A DNA stretch of 51,425 nt from Folioceros fuciformis (taxonomy: Eukaryota), in assembly GCA_049999805.1 (NCBI GenBank), contig JBNGIO010006073.1, positions 126,273-177,697 of the forward strand, in the 5' to 3' direction. A program made the translations under genes and the position numbers. Below the pieces are notes generated by a model that was given only the letters and a program-made list of their open reading frames with translations, made no database searches and was not told the origin of the DNA. Each line of letters opens with the position of its first letter. Positions within the stretch are counted from its first letter, which is position 1. Shown in pieces: positions 12,704 through 25,777 of the stretch.

Positions 12704-13253
12704 CTTGGAATCCTGAGGGCTGTGATCTTTCTTTTTGTATGTTATCATTTGAGCACTCAGAAAGTTGTTCATCGAAAGAGAAGTTTTCTGAAATATTGGT
12801 ATACCTTCCTCCAATTGTTGAGGATGTTGGATTGAGCGAGAGAAGTTCGATTAAGCTATACTCGACAATCTTGACTGATGAACAAGCCCCGCTCTTGCGT
12901 TTTCCAGCAGGTCAAGTTTTGGAAGCAGACCGTTTGTTCCAGACGAGCGCAGCAACGTACCGTACAAACAATTTGCCTGTGCAAATAGCGAATCAGGTGC
13001 ATACAACAATTGCTGGATAACAATGAGTGAAAAAAATTATATTATTTATTTACCGAAGACAGTTCTTCTATCTAATTGCGTATTCACGAATCGGGAATAC
13101 GCATTTTACCTATTTACTAGTTCTATTTACATTTGAAACTCATATAGAAGTATCAAAAGAAATTAGATCCGACATATCTGGATTATTGAAAACTTACCCA
13201 AAATGTTTTTTGAGGGAAAAAATTAACTACCTCTGCACTCTCAGTGAAAGGTG

Positions 13254-15199
13254 TTAGACCACCAGTTTGGTTTTGTCAGGATGGACGCCAGCCGGTGTTG
13301 GCGTCTTCTTCAGATCGGGATCTTGATATTCTGCTGGTGGCAACATTCTCCTCCAAAACCAGTGTGCCCTCCAAACATGGATCATCTCTTCAATGGGAAC
13401 ATTTCTTGTCTCGGGCAAGAAGAAGAAGATGAAGATCGACATGACCACCACCCAGCCGGCGAAGAAGAGGAAGATGCCGTACTTGAAATGACACAAAATG
13501 GAAAGAAAAGCCTGCGCAATGACGAAGGTGAAAAACATGTTGACAGTGACGTTGATGGCTTGGCCGGCAGATCTAGTCTCCAGAGGGAAGACCTCGCTGG
13601 GAACCAACCATCCCAGAGGTCCCCAGGACCAGGCAAACGCTGCTACGTAGACGCAGATGAGAACGACCACCACAATCGCAAGGCCATTGGACAGCTGCTT
13701 GGTGCCCCCAAATTCGGTGCCCAGAATAATGCCGATCGCCACCTGGTACAGACACAAGCAAACACAGGGCAGCGAGTCAGGAGAGGAGAGGAGAGGCAAG
13801 ACGAGACGAGACCAGACCAGACGAGACCAGACGAGACTCTCGAAACGAGACGAGGCAAGATGAAAGAGCAGCCTGCACTGGTGGTGTTGGAGGGGTTACC
13901 TGCGCCACAAACATTTGCACGCCAGCCTCCAGGAAGAGCTTTCGCCTTCCGAACCTGTCGACAGTGGCGATGGACACAAGGGTGGCCACCACGTTCACTG
14001 CTCCGGTGATAACAGACGAGTAGAGCGAGGCGTCGCTCCCGAAGCCAAGCGTCTGGAATAGCACCGGGGCGTAGAACATGATGGCATTGATACCGGTCAG
14101 CTGTTGGAAGAAGGGGATGAAAGTGGCCATGGCGAGCTGGGGACGGTTCTTCCTCAAGAGGATAGTCCTGTATGGTGCCTCCACCTGGTTGGCAACGGCG
14201 CTGGCTTCCACCAGATCATCATACTCCTCATCCACGTCTTCCACTCCCCGGACCTTGCGTAAGAGATCCTTACCCTTGACAAGTTCGCCTCTCTCAATCA
14301 GACTGTTGGGCGTGTCGGGCAGGAGGAAGCCTCCGATGGTCATCAATATGGCTGGGACTCCAGCCAGACCCAACGACAACCTCCAACCCCACGGGTGAAT
14401 TTTGTTGGTGCCATAATTGATGAGGTTGGCGCACAGGATACCGATGGTGATAGCAAGCTGGAACATAATGTTCAAGGCTCCGCGGATTTTGGGAGGAGCC
14501 ATCTCGGAGAGATACAAAGGCACGGACTGCATGCACAAGCGGGGAGGCAGCACAAAGTCTTAGTCTTCGCGCGTGGCCCAGGCAGCTACACAACAACAGC
14601 GTCATCTAGAAGAAGCAATCTCGCAAGAGAAGTGGTAAAGGATAGGCACTTACTTGATTGCCAAAACCAACTCCAACACCAAGCATGATTCTCCCAATGA
14701 TCAGCATCGCCAAGTTCTGCGCGGCTCCGTTGAGGGCGGCACCGATGAGAAAACTGATACCACCAATTCGAATAGACGGGATGCGCCCAAAGCGGCGGGT
14801 CACATGCGACGCCGCAATCGAAGCCAGAAGCGCCGCCAAGTACAGAGACGAGGTGAAGAGCTGGAGCGCTTGATTGTCATATTTACAGTAGTCGGAATCA
14901 GAGGAAGCAAACGCATGCTTCCTCCTGTACACCGAAGGGAAGAACTTGATGAGGAAGTCGTCCATCCCAGTCACTCCTCCTGCAGACACAAAACGAAGCA
15001 AGCCTCAATCTCTCAGCCGCAACAGCAGCCCCCCGCGTTCCCGTCTCCAACACTACAAGCACAACGCACCTGAAATTCCGATATCATAGCCGAAGATGAG
15101 GCCTCCACTGGCCGCAACGATGCATGCAATCACCACGAAAGCGGTGACTCTGGCCGGATACTCGCGCACCGTCCCGACAACAAGTCCGCCCCCCGCCAT
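13254..15199 (-). CDS. STP: Sugar transport protein (MFS hexose/H+ symporter, STP family)
   Basis: Exons 15199-15070, 14979-14654, 14526-13900, 13742-13254. Motifs [92 protein letters not shown]. Confidence 0.97.
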
Positions 15200-15578
15200 C
15201 GCTCCACCACAGTACTCACCAGGGCGAGCGACGCTACGCAGTGGAAAGAGCCTCTAGACAGACTCGCCGCACAGCGCTCACTCCTCCAGACGAGGTGAGT
15301 GCGTGGGGGGCGAGGCGGGGCGACACCAGAGAGTGGACCACTCACCTCAGAGCCTGCCAGGAGGAGGGGAAGGGAGCGCTACTTAAACCAGTCCAGACCA
15401 GTCCAGTCCAGTCCAACAAGGCGCTGAAGCAGCAGTAGCGGCAGGAATCGCGCCCACAAGAGAACGGATATGGAAACAACAACTCGTCCTAGCCGGCGAC
15501 GGCGAGTGGGAGAACGGAAGCACCACAGGGCTGAGAGTGGACACTCCCGACAGAATCGTCCTCTGTCCCTAATTCCTA

Positions 15579-15585
15579 ATTTATA
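15579..15585 (-). promoter_or_regulatory. TATA box candidate for STP
   Basis: TATAAAT on the minus strand in GC-rich context, ~380 bp upstream of the ATG. A GTGAGT donor near 15345 suggests a 5'UTR intron. Confidence 0.45.
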
Positions 15586-15908
15586 GTCGGGAAAGGAGGG
15601 GTTGCCCGAACTCTCATGCAGGGCAGGGCAGGGCAGGGCAGGGCTGTGAGAGAGGCAGGCGAAGCCAGCCCAGCCCATCCGTCCCGACCTCCTGCCTAAT
15701 CCAGTTCGCATGCCGATACTGTACAACATCCCGTTTTGGTTTTGCAGGGGTGCCAGATTAAGTTTTGGGCGGCAAACATAATCCATAATCCGACTCAACA
15801 TCCCGGTGTCGGCAGAGCCATCTGCCCGTACGTCGCTTTTGTAACGAGCCTGGAGGGCAACTCGCGGGAGAGAGAATGCCGCGCTCTTCGCCCGCAATCC
15901 TGCTCTCC

Positions 15909-15911
<3 letters not shown>

Positions 15912-15946
<35 letters not shown>
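15912..15946. repeat. (CT)n microsatellite
   Basis: Uninterrupted ctctct run. Confidence 0.95.
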
Positions 15947-15948
<2 letters not shown>

Positions 15949-17354
15949 AACATCTTCCCGTTCGTTCCACCCCTTCGTTTCGGCTGGTCCAGGTTTACGG
16001 TTCAGCCCAGAGCCACAGCTCTTGCCGTTCCCGCTGCCGTTTCGTTTCGTTTCGTTTCATTTCAATTTCCGGCGCCGGGTCCGGGTCCGGGTCCGGGCCC
16101 TATCTATCCAAACGATAGCCGTTGGCCGCAGGTTCCGGACTGGCGCCACGAGATGCCGTTGCGCCGGAGCGGGCCCGGGCCCTGGATTCCGAAACGGTTG
16201 CGCCACCCCGGGTTTAATTCGCCCGCTTTAATTCATGATACGGACGTTGGTGCTGGGGAAATGGGTTTCTGCACCAACGTGAAATTCCCAACGACCGAAC
16301 GTTGTGGAGGAGCCCCCCGGGAACCGGGAACCGGTTCCAGTCGGTGGGCTGAAATGGGGTTGCCGCATGTCATTTGACCGGTTGACGCGCCGCACACGCC
16401 AGCTAGGCTGGGTGGCTGGGTGTGCCGGATGGCAGTCCGGCCGGCCGGCTGCAGGTTCGGTAAAGTTGAGCTCATCTTGGGCGACACGTTCGTTGGCCAA
16501 GCATGATGGGCTGTGTCGCTCCGCCTTTCCCTTTCCCTTTCTCTTTCCCTGTCGACAGGGCAAAGATGGGGACGTTGGGTGAAGGAAAAAGACAAACCTT
16601 ATCTCACGGGAGGGTTTTTTTGAACGGAACGGGCCGAGAAGGGCATAGGCGAGCCGAGTCACGCCGGGCCGGGCCGGGCCGGGCCCGACCCGGGATGGTA
16701 TGGTATGGGATGAGGTTGTCGGCCGCTCTCGGTCGGGGTCTGTCATCCTTGTCTCGTCGTACTTGAGACGACCAAGACTTTCTTTGCGTACTGTCAAACC
16801 AGCTTGACATGACCTTACAGCGCCTCATATCAGGCGCTGCCAGGTAACCACGGTGACATTTCCCCAAAGTGGCACCCACCATACCGAAATAGAATTTTCC
16901 CCCTCCTATAACCGTCCAAGAAAATAATGTTGCCGCTATGACGTCACTCCTCACATTCACACTCTTTTTCTAGATCAATCAAATATTTTCTTGTTTCAGA
17001 CCCGGAGATCTACCACGTAATGAGTTGACATCTTTCTAAAAAGACCGCTCTATTTTCAAAGAATCATACTTTTTCAGACAGACTTTTAATGGACTCTCCG
17101 CACTTGGGGGATGGAATAACATGTTCTGAGCTATTTTAAAAAACTATTTTATATTATACACACCTATATTTTATTCATTGACTTTTCATAATATTTGAAA
17201 AAAGATTTAAATTAAATATATTTCTAATAAAAAAATAAAAGAATGAAAATTTTCAAATTAAATAATAGAAAGTCAATGCAAATCACAAGCATATTTGCTG
17301 TCAAGATTAGTCTTCTGCTCGAAACATTGATGAAGTTACCAACGTACCTATAAT

Positions 17355-17845
17355 TACTTGAGAAAAACAAGGGAGACCTACCTATGTACCTTGAAAAACA
17401 AGGGAGACCTACCTATGTACCTTGAAAGACAAAGACCCTTCAGGGGAATCGATTGACCTCGTACAAGAAAAACAAGGGAACCCATCTACCCCAAAAGAGA
17501 AAAACAAGGGAACACATCTACCTCCAAATAGAAAAACAATAGGAAACCCATCTACCCTAATAGAGGTGAGACAAACCAGTGATTGGGCCTCCAAAGCCTA
17601 GTCCCTGAGCTAAGTAGCCTAGAAACTACCAATAACACCTAAGATACCAATAACACCTAAGATATTATGGTTCGAAATATGAACCATCGAGGGCTAGTCC
17701 CTAAAGGCATTGAGCCCAAAACTACAAACTACTCATAGCACCTAAGATATCATGGTCTGAAACAAGAACCAACGAGGGCTAGCCCACGAAGCCATAAGCC
17801 TAAAAACTACTTATAACATGAAACCTAAAATATCATGGTCCAAAG
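17355..17845. repeat. AT-rich island with nested short tandem repeats (likely TE-derived)
   Basis: Repeated gaaaaacaaggga..c..ctacc units (17360-17560) and repeated aaactac...aacacctaagatat.atgg units (17620-17840). Confidence 0.75.
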
Positions 17846-18324
17846 GAGGAAGGCTCTACTTACTAGTCCAACTCAAACTCGATGAATGGCTCATCCCACG
17901 CGTAAACCAAAGGGAAAGTTTATCAATCTTCATGTAGCAACTTGCCATCTATTCCATTGGAAAGTCACTATACTTTGAGTCCCAAATATGAGAGATTCTT
18001 CTAATTGCAACTGCGGATACAGATAAAATAAATGTTTGTTCCCTTTCCGTATGTACTTTAGTTGTGATTGTTCCCTTTTCCATATATACTCTAGCTGTGA
18101 TGCTTTAAGGGTTTAGTCTCGCTCTCTCTCGCTCTTGTCTTCAGTTGATGGTCCTTGTCTTCTTCGCACTCTAGTTGCAATGTCTTTTAGTCTCATGCTA
18201 GCTCTGTGTCTTTGGTCGACTTAGTTTTGATGCTTGATTTTGAGCATGCACTTTTTCATAGTAGAAAGTAATTGAAATTCAAGTGTGCATGTGAAATAGT
18301 CCTATAAATGAGGTTCTCCCTCTT

Positions 18325-18700
18325 TGTTTCCTTTGGTAGTAGCCTTTTTTGGACAAGGCATGGTGGTCCCCTTTTGTTGCAGGTACCCTTCTTTCGACAT
18401 GGCATATTTTCCCCTTTCCTTAGTGGTAGCGACCTTCTTTCCTGGGGTGGTAGCATATTTCTTATGACAATGCATACTCCCCCTTTTCTTGGGTGGTAGC
18501 CTTGTTTTGACAATGCAAATTGGGCCACTTTCCTTAGTGGTAGCAGACTCCTTTTGTAAAGGCATACTTCCACTTTCCTTAGTGGTAGCTTTGTTTCGAA
18601 GAGGCATACTCCAAGTTTCCTAGGTGGTAGCCTTCTTTCAAACAAGGCATACTCCCCCTTCCCTTTCCTTGGGTGGTAGTTTTTCTTTCAATAAGGCACA
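18325..18700. repeat. Degenerate ~40-45 bp tandem array
   Basis: Recurrent ttcctt(a/g)gtggtagc...aaggcatactcc unit, about 8 copies. Confidence 0.85.
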
Positions 18701-19625
18701 TCTTTTGCACTTTGCAAAAGGCAAGGGGCTAGTAGGACAATGACAAGTGTAAGTATGAAAGGTGTATTAGCAACCATGATAGGGAGGCCCTGCACCATTT
18801 GATTTCATGATATTATAGAGGAGAGATATACATAGTTATGGAAGTGATATGTCAAGGGCTAGTCCCTTTTGGCCACCACCTTCTTGGAAGTTATGACTTG
18901 CAAAGATGATGGGGGAGAGGAGCACATTAAGTGAATGATTATCCGCGTAGTTAAGTCAGATGTGCAGGTGTTGGTTTTGTTTTTTTTCATTCTCCCCTAT
19001 ATTATACCACCATGAAAACATTAAAATACAATATCCAGACATTCTAGAAGAATAAAGAGCCGAAATATGTGCATGTGCGAAGAGTCTATTTATAAAGACC
19101 GAATTAGCCTGGACATAATAATGGCATTCACGTGCGAAGCAGGGTGGTAGACCGCTGGTGCAAGAAACAAGAATCATCCGATACCATTCAAGACCGTCTC
19201 GTGGGGCCTGCCCGACTTGGGTCAAGCGCAACACGCCGTGGCAGAGGCTGCCCGCTCCTATTGCTCTCTCACTCGTGTCAGCCATAGGTGCGCGCCCACG
19301 CATGGGGGCGGCCTGCAGCCTCGCAGCTCGCATTCCAAGGTCACACTCGGCCTCCCATCTGCTCCACGGAAGCACCACTGGTCCATGGAAATATCGTTCT
19401 CCCTGCCACACCCACTCAACGTTTCCACAGACATTCCTTGAGAGGCACGGTAATCAACCGATAGTGTCGCAATCAACGACCTACAACACCATTGCTGCAC
19501 ATACATATGAACTTATGAAATTCGGAAGTACTGCTCAGACTGTACAACATCATGGCAATGCTGGAACACACAGCTTGGAATTGGTCACAAAAAGACCAAG
19601 ATTGGTTTGGCCGGATGACACCGTC

Positions 19626-22600
19626 TCATTGCCAGGATGGGAGCGGGCTACCTCTCTGGAAGGCATCAACTGGGGAGAACTGAACTATTGTCCGCTGTCT
19701 TTTATTCGCACAGTCCAGGTATTCCGCAATGGGTGGGAGACCCGAACTCTCCGCAACGCCCCTGATGAGCTGCAGCAGAGCAGACATGCCAAATATAGGC
19801 TTTTACGAGACTGGTCCTACCACTTTGTACCAAACACAACAGATCATTGACCGAGCGTCCTGTACCTTTGATGCCCATCGACGTTCCGCTTGCTGACAAA
19901 CGTCATGGAGATCACGGCCAGACATACTGTATGGCCACAAATCCAGTGTCAGACGCAAATACGTACAGATCGGAAACCACGCCAAGGATCGATCGGAGGC
20001 AACGGAGATGGGATGAGGTGCGTACCCCTCACTTGCCGCAGCCAACATCGATAGCTCGGAAGGGGTCAAATGTCGCGCATACTGCGAGGCAATCTCGCCT
20101 CTGGTTGCTTGGTCTGGGAGGTTGAATGTTATGGCTGAATCGAACCGGCTGCCCAAAGCAAGAAATTAGATGGGCATCATAAAGTGCCCATTGAAAAAAC
20201 TGTGCGCTCAGGAACGACCTGCTTACAGACTAACCTCAACAAAGCAGAATCCAGGTCCTGTTTCCGGTTGGTGGCAGCAATAACCACTATCCTTGAGCTT
20301 TGTTCAAATCCATCCATCTGCAAAACCAGATACCAGCCTTAGAAACAATGGGATCCGTACCCATCACAAACTCCACTCTGCCAGCATCACCTGCCGAAGT
20401 AGGACGGATAGCATTCGTCTTGTTGCCTCGTGCATCTCATTGTCACGAGCTGTTGCCAGTGAATCAATCTGCAACAACCACAAATAAGGTCGAGGGCCTT
20501 CCACTGAAAAGCACGTTCAGCTCTTGCAGGCAACACAGACTTCAAACTACAACTGCCACACACGCAAAAAAATGGCCAAACACAATGGGCATATCCAAAA
20601 CCATCTCCAAAACGCAACATTGTTTCGAATCCAAAGTGGAAATGAAAGACCCGCCATCCCACAAAAAATGGCAAACCCTCTCCTTACTTCATCAAGAAAC
20701 ACGATTGCTCCATCAGGCAGTTCATTGCCCGCTGAGAAAATGGAAGCCAGAGACCTCTCGCTCTCTCCATAGTACTTGGAAACAAGGGCCTCCACTGGCA
20801 CATAGAGCAGCGGAACCTTCTGCAGGAACCAACAACAATTGTGAACAAGGACACCAACCCTCACAGCGTGATGAAGTAAGTGTCGGAAGCATACCGCTTG
20901 GCTAGCTATGACCCTGGCACATGAGGTCTTACCGGTTCCTGCGATTTTGAACATAGCAAGTCCAAGTTATGACCTTATTTATAAAGATCTGCCGACTCAC
21001 AGGTTGCATACTATTGCCTTCTACCCGCTAACGCTGCTGAACGCTTGAATACTCCAAGAAACCACGTGAGACCAATCACACTTCGAAGCCTTTATGCTGT
21101 CGTTGGACATTCATCCTAAGCAGTCGCAGGCAACTAGTTGCACATGCCTTAACTATTCTAAGTGACCATACAAGTACTGCCACCTGCAGTAATTGCTACC
21201 TCAGATAATCTGTTCATACTTCACTCGCACGAAAAAAAAGACACAACTTGCAGACAACCACTACTCTTGCAAACATCACAGGTACTGGTCAGCTTTTGAC
21301 GTGAAAAGAAGTTACTCACTCTATGTAGCCAATCCTGTCCATCAACAGCTTGACCAAGCAACCAGGATCATGCACCATATTCGACTCATGTAACAGAAGG
21401 AAAGTTCACATCGTCAAGCAAAGAAGAACCACAATACCTGGAGGTCCTTCAAAAAGAATTGCTCGGGGTCGATTGGACTCGAACTTTCGACGTGTTCCAC
21501 GGGCAATTTTGTCATACACTTCTGGCCGTTGCAAAGCAAGCAGCACAGTATCCTCTATTTCCCTGCAAACTTGAGATGGCTCAGGTTAGCATCTGACTTC
21601 ACCCTCACGAACAAGGACCGCCTATATTTCAGGCATGGGAAGGATATTCGAACATTTTTTCTCTGAGGAGGGCTTCTGACGAGAGAAGCGAACTCAGCAT
21701 CACAGCCATTGGCTGAGAAGGGTCATAGGGGGGGCTCTGAACTGGGCACTAATACAAGCAACAGCCCTTCTAACTCATCAACCACACCTCACCCACAACT
21801 CTGCCTCTGAATTTCGAGTTTGACCCACAAGCATACAATTTACTTCACCCATTACGCACATCCAGCACTATCTCAAATAAAAAGGGTCAGCGATCACCAC
21901 GCATTTCCATAACACCCGATAGATCGAGAGCTGTTTTGTTACGTAAAGAGCACCTTTTTTGCTCATGATATCCCGCAATGCTGTCCCAATTTGTCGTTTC
22001 AATATTTGACTTAGGCCCATCAATGGTCTCCAGCCCATAGACCTTAACTCCCATGCGCTCTAATGACTCGAATGTCTTCAAGTAGCTTCGTCCAGCTGGT
22101 CGTCTTTGACCAGGTGGGAGCCTGTTCCCTGGCATGTCACCAAGGGTCCCACCACTCCTGTATCTCCATCTATCTCCTGGCCATTTGGTATCTATTGACC
22201 AATTGTTATCCCCAAAACTTGGTGCTTCTGTTACACCTTCTTGGTAGCCCTCTCTTCCAGTCCTTGACGGTGCTGGGGTTATCACATTTTCCACTGAAGT
22301 ATCTGCTAGGCTAGCAGCCATCAACACGCTTGCAACCGCATCTAGCTCTTTGGAGGAGAAGTAGCCAAATTTCAAAAACTCTATTTCCTGCCAGGAGAGA
22401 CAGCAGAGCAATGATAAAAACGAACGTGTCCAGCATCAACACTTCATTCTCATTCGACACTTGTCATAGCTCGAACAAGATACCACAGGGCACCAAGCTA
22501 GCAATGGGTTCAACAACTTACCGTAAGTTTATCATCCACAAGGGGCTCAGACACTGAGACACTGAAGCGGTTCGTAACATCACCGCGTCCATCGTCTTGA

Positions 22601-23888
22601 GATGTGTCCCCTGCATTCTGCCCTGATTTGGGCTGTTCCGCAGTTGAAATGATAACATGGCGGAGAACAGGACTGCCATACCATGCATGACAACAGGCAG
22701 TAAAAGCGTCATCAGAAGTGCAAAGGAATGGTCTACAGAATGCCCAAATTGGTACCTCTCACCAGTTACCTGTCCCAAGCTCGAACGACTGTACTGGAGA
22801 CTTTGCCACTTTCTTCAGGATTATCTTTCCCTCCAAGCTGCCCGATGACATGCTCAATTACTTTGGACATGTCGCAAGTTGGTCGGCAAGAAAATCGGAC
22901 GGCAACCTGTTGGCGTAGCACTACGAAAAAGATGTTAAGCGTCGTTTAGCAACAGTTGGAGGCCTTAGGCGCAAATGAGCGCCAACTTCAGCTGGCAGCA
23001 GCCTTCAAACTTCTTTCGCCAACACTAAATTACCTGTTGTCCATTGGCGACAATCGTAAGCTTTGGAACTTGTGACCCTTCCTCCTTAGAACGCTGCAGC
23101 CTTTCTTCTATTCCTCTCCGCACATATTGAACCACCCCTTCAGTGTCAAGTTTTGCATCTTTCGGTATAGATCCAGGTAGAGGTGATGGAAATCCTATGC
23201 TGCCGTCCTGAACAACCACGAAAACTTAAAGCACAGGAACCTTCGCCACGACCAAAACGAATCAGATTCACCGCAAAACAACAAAGCTCCGACAAACCGT
23301 ATCATCATCACTGATTTGTTGAGCCAGCATCATTTGAGTGAAAAATGCTTACATCCTGGCTTTCACTCGACGCAGCTTCCTGCAGGGATAATACTCCAAA
23401 AAACAAACCAAATCCAGTAGCAAGGTACAAGCTGGCGATACTAATGCTTGTGCGACCCCCAGCGAGGCGCGCGCCTGAGAAGAGAGCTAGGTGAAGATGA
23501 TTGAACCCTGCCATGCTTACGAATATCAATGATAACCTCGTCGAATTTTCATTGTCCCAGGATCACCTCCAGAAACAATTCTACAGCAGTTTGCATACAC
23601 AAGGAGGGAGAGACACACTGCATCGCACAAGAAACGTCAAGGACTGACGCACCGACCCACCTGACGTGCTACAGGGACCAAGGTTGGTGCAAATCACTTG
23701 CCATCAAATTGGACTTGCGAAGGAAGATGCCAGTAAGCAGACGTACAAGAGATGGATTTCCCGCAGGCCTCAGAACTGGTACGAGGTGTTCGGCTCACCG
23801 CACGGCGACTTGAATATGCGTGGCCAGAAATGGGATCAATCGCAGCGGCACTCCGCAGGCATCTAGGGAGTGCTCGGCTCGGCGACAT
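19626..23888 (-). CDS. AAA+ ATPase (P-loop; plant organellar type), multi-exon
   Basis: WDSIAGYHEQKR/EIEDTVLLAL; NRPRAILFEGPP/GTGKT (Walker A); YYGESER; IVFLDE (Walker B); MHEATRRMLSVLLRQ/MDGFEQ; AATNRKQDLDSALLSRFD; MSGRDLHDVCQQAERRWASK. Stop TGA at 19626-19628. N-terminus is Arg/Ser-rich and transit-peptide-like. Start is 23888 or 23903. Confidence 0.9.
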
Positions 23889-24017
23889 GGTAACTATGCT
23901 CATGTGTCTGCGAAAGCTCAAATGTCCCGATAGCGCGATGTCGATGACACGGAGGAGGAGCACAGTGACGTACGATTTCCCTTGGACGGCATCAGAGACG
24001 GAGGGAAGAACTTAGCT

Positions 24018-24025
24018 TAGGGTTT
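24018..24025 (-). promoter_or_regulatory. telo-box in the bidirectional AAA-ATPase/ferredoxin intergenic region
   Basis: TAGGGTTT on the plus strand equals AAACCCTA on the minus strand. Confidence 0.5.
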
Positions 24026-24090
24026 TGCCGTATTGCACCGCTTCAATTTTTGTACAGGAGAAAAATCCAGGTCTCACCGGGAGGGAGACC

Positions 24091-24561
24091 ATGGCAGCCA
24101 CGACACTACCTGCTGCCTGCACGGCAACAACCATGAACTGTGCCAGTTTCACAGGAACCCGAACTCGCCTGAGGCGTTTTTGTGGTGCTACTGGGAGGCA
24201 GCGATGGGCAGCTGGGAGCAAGGCAGTGTCAAGTCCTTTTCCGGAGCAGCCTGCCGGGAGGACGTGCCTGGCGTGCTACAAGGTGACACTGGTGACGCCC
24301 CTCGGGGAGCAACTGGTGCAGGTGAAGGAGGGCGAGTACATTTTGGATGCGGCTGAGAGAGCGGGCCTGGAAGTGCCTTCGTCTTGCAGGAGCGGGGGCT
24401 GCTCGTCCTGCGCGGGGAGATTGACGTCTGGGGAGGTGGACCAGAGCGAGCAGACGTTCTTGGACGAGAACCAGATCCGGCTGGGCTATGTCCTGACGTG
24501 CGTGGCCTACGCGCTGTCGGATGCGGTGATCAAGACGCACCAGGAGGAGCAGTTGTACTAA
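24091..24561 (+). CDS. FD: Plastid [2Fe-2S] ferredoxin with transit peptide, intronless
   Basis: [24 protein letters not shown]...LTCVAY (four Cys ligands), [22 protein letters not shown] at 24091 followed by a Thr/Ala/Arg-rich transit peptide. Confidence 0.96.
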   Translation: MAATTLPAACTATTMNCASFTGTRTRLRRFCGATGRQRWAAGSKAVSSPFPEQPAGRTCLACYKVTLVTPLGEQLVQVKEGEYILDAAERAGLEVPSSCRSGGCSSCAGRLTSGEVDQSEQTFLDENQIRLGYVLTCVAYALSDAVIKTHQEEQLY

Positions 24562-25267
24562 GTGTTGGAATTCCCAGACATTCCGTGTGATGGTTGCGTC
24601 AGCTGGTGTTTTGGAAACCCGAGATGCAGCCCAGATTGTGTGGGACTGCTGCATGCCGACATCATCGCAGGTTCACCGAGGTGGGATCACGTGACTGACA
24701 TAATCTTCAGTCCGTGTATGTCAAAGGTGATGTGCTCACACCGTTTGCCGATCAGAGACACATTGATTCCCGGGGGTGTCAATGTGAATGGAGGTGTCTG
24801 AGTGGAAGAATCTCGGAATTTTTGGGCTGCAACTGTCAACGGTTTTGGCTCCATTCGAATTCTTATTCTCTGCCTGGGGATGCATGTAGGCTTGACATAT
24901 CTGGACTTGTGTTGGTGGAGATACGAACCTGTTGGTTGCCTGCTTCTCACGCTGAGAGTTATGCAGTGTGCATTGAATCGAGGGCTGTGGTTTTGTCCTT
25001 GCAGGACTCGACGGACTATCGTGCTACGTAGGACGCTTGAAGCAACGGTCTTTGAGGGACTGGGGAGGGTGTTTCCGTAGGCGTTGTTTTTGTAGGCACT
25101 CTCTCCACCTAGGCCTTCGCTTCACCATCGAAATAAAGGATGGGAAGTTTTTGTGGATTTCGACTCCCAGTGGAATCTTCTGTGCAGAAGTTTTCCTGGC
25201 GACGAGAGAGAAGAGATAGTAGTGAGTGGTATGGACGATAAAGGGCATCGCATGAGCAACAAGGGTT

Positions 25268-25777
25268 TCAGTTTGCAGCTGCATCCGGCTCCTGGTAAAC
25301 CAGTCTTGCGTAGCGTCCGGGTGGCACGATCTTGAGGTTCACGAAAAATTCCAAGGGTTGTGGCCAAGGGAAGAACTCCGAGCCGTAGCACAACAAGCCC
25401 TCTGGTGTCGCCACAACACAGTTTTCCGGGCACAGCTCGTGGATGGCCGTGTCGTGCCACGTCCTAGAAGACGGGTCATAAGCTGACGAGATCCTGTCGG
25501 TTGCACCGATCACCATCCAAGGCCGTTGCGAGGCGACCTCCGCAATGTGCCTCACAAACTCCCTGGAGAAGATGACCTTGTTCCATCGTTTGCAAGTGCT
25601 GCGCATCCGAAACAGGTTGTGTATGGACATGCATGCTATCACTCTGTCCAGAATGTCCTCTGGGAGGTTTCCCCAGACCAGAGGATCCAAGGCTGCTACA
25701 TCTGCAACGCCACTGCTGGACACCACGCCAGCCTGGAGGGGATAGTTCGTCAAAGCCGCTTCACCAGCTGAATACAT
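25268..25777 (-). pseudogene. F-box protein (F-box/kelch-like family), C-terminally truncated
   Basis: LDPLVWGNLPEDILDRVIACM...LFRMRSTCKRWN F-box, then SAYDPSSRTW and VATPEGLLC. Similarity stops after GSEFFPWP, where FVCNP would be expected, and a stop follows soon after. Confidence 0.7.

Noticed and set aside
13251..14009. 252-aa plus-strand ORF
   Set aside because: Antisense to STP exons; no recognisable domain.
19158..19850. 230-aa plus-strand ORF
   Set aside because: Non-ATG start, antisense to the AAA ATPase last exon and 3'UTR, and no domain.
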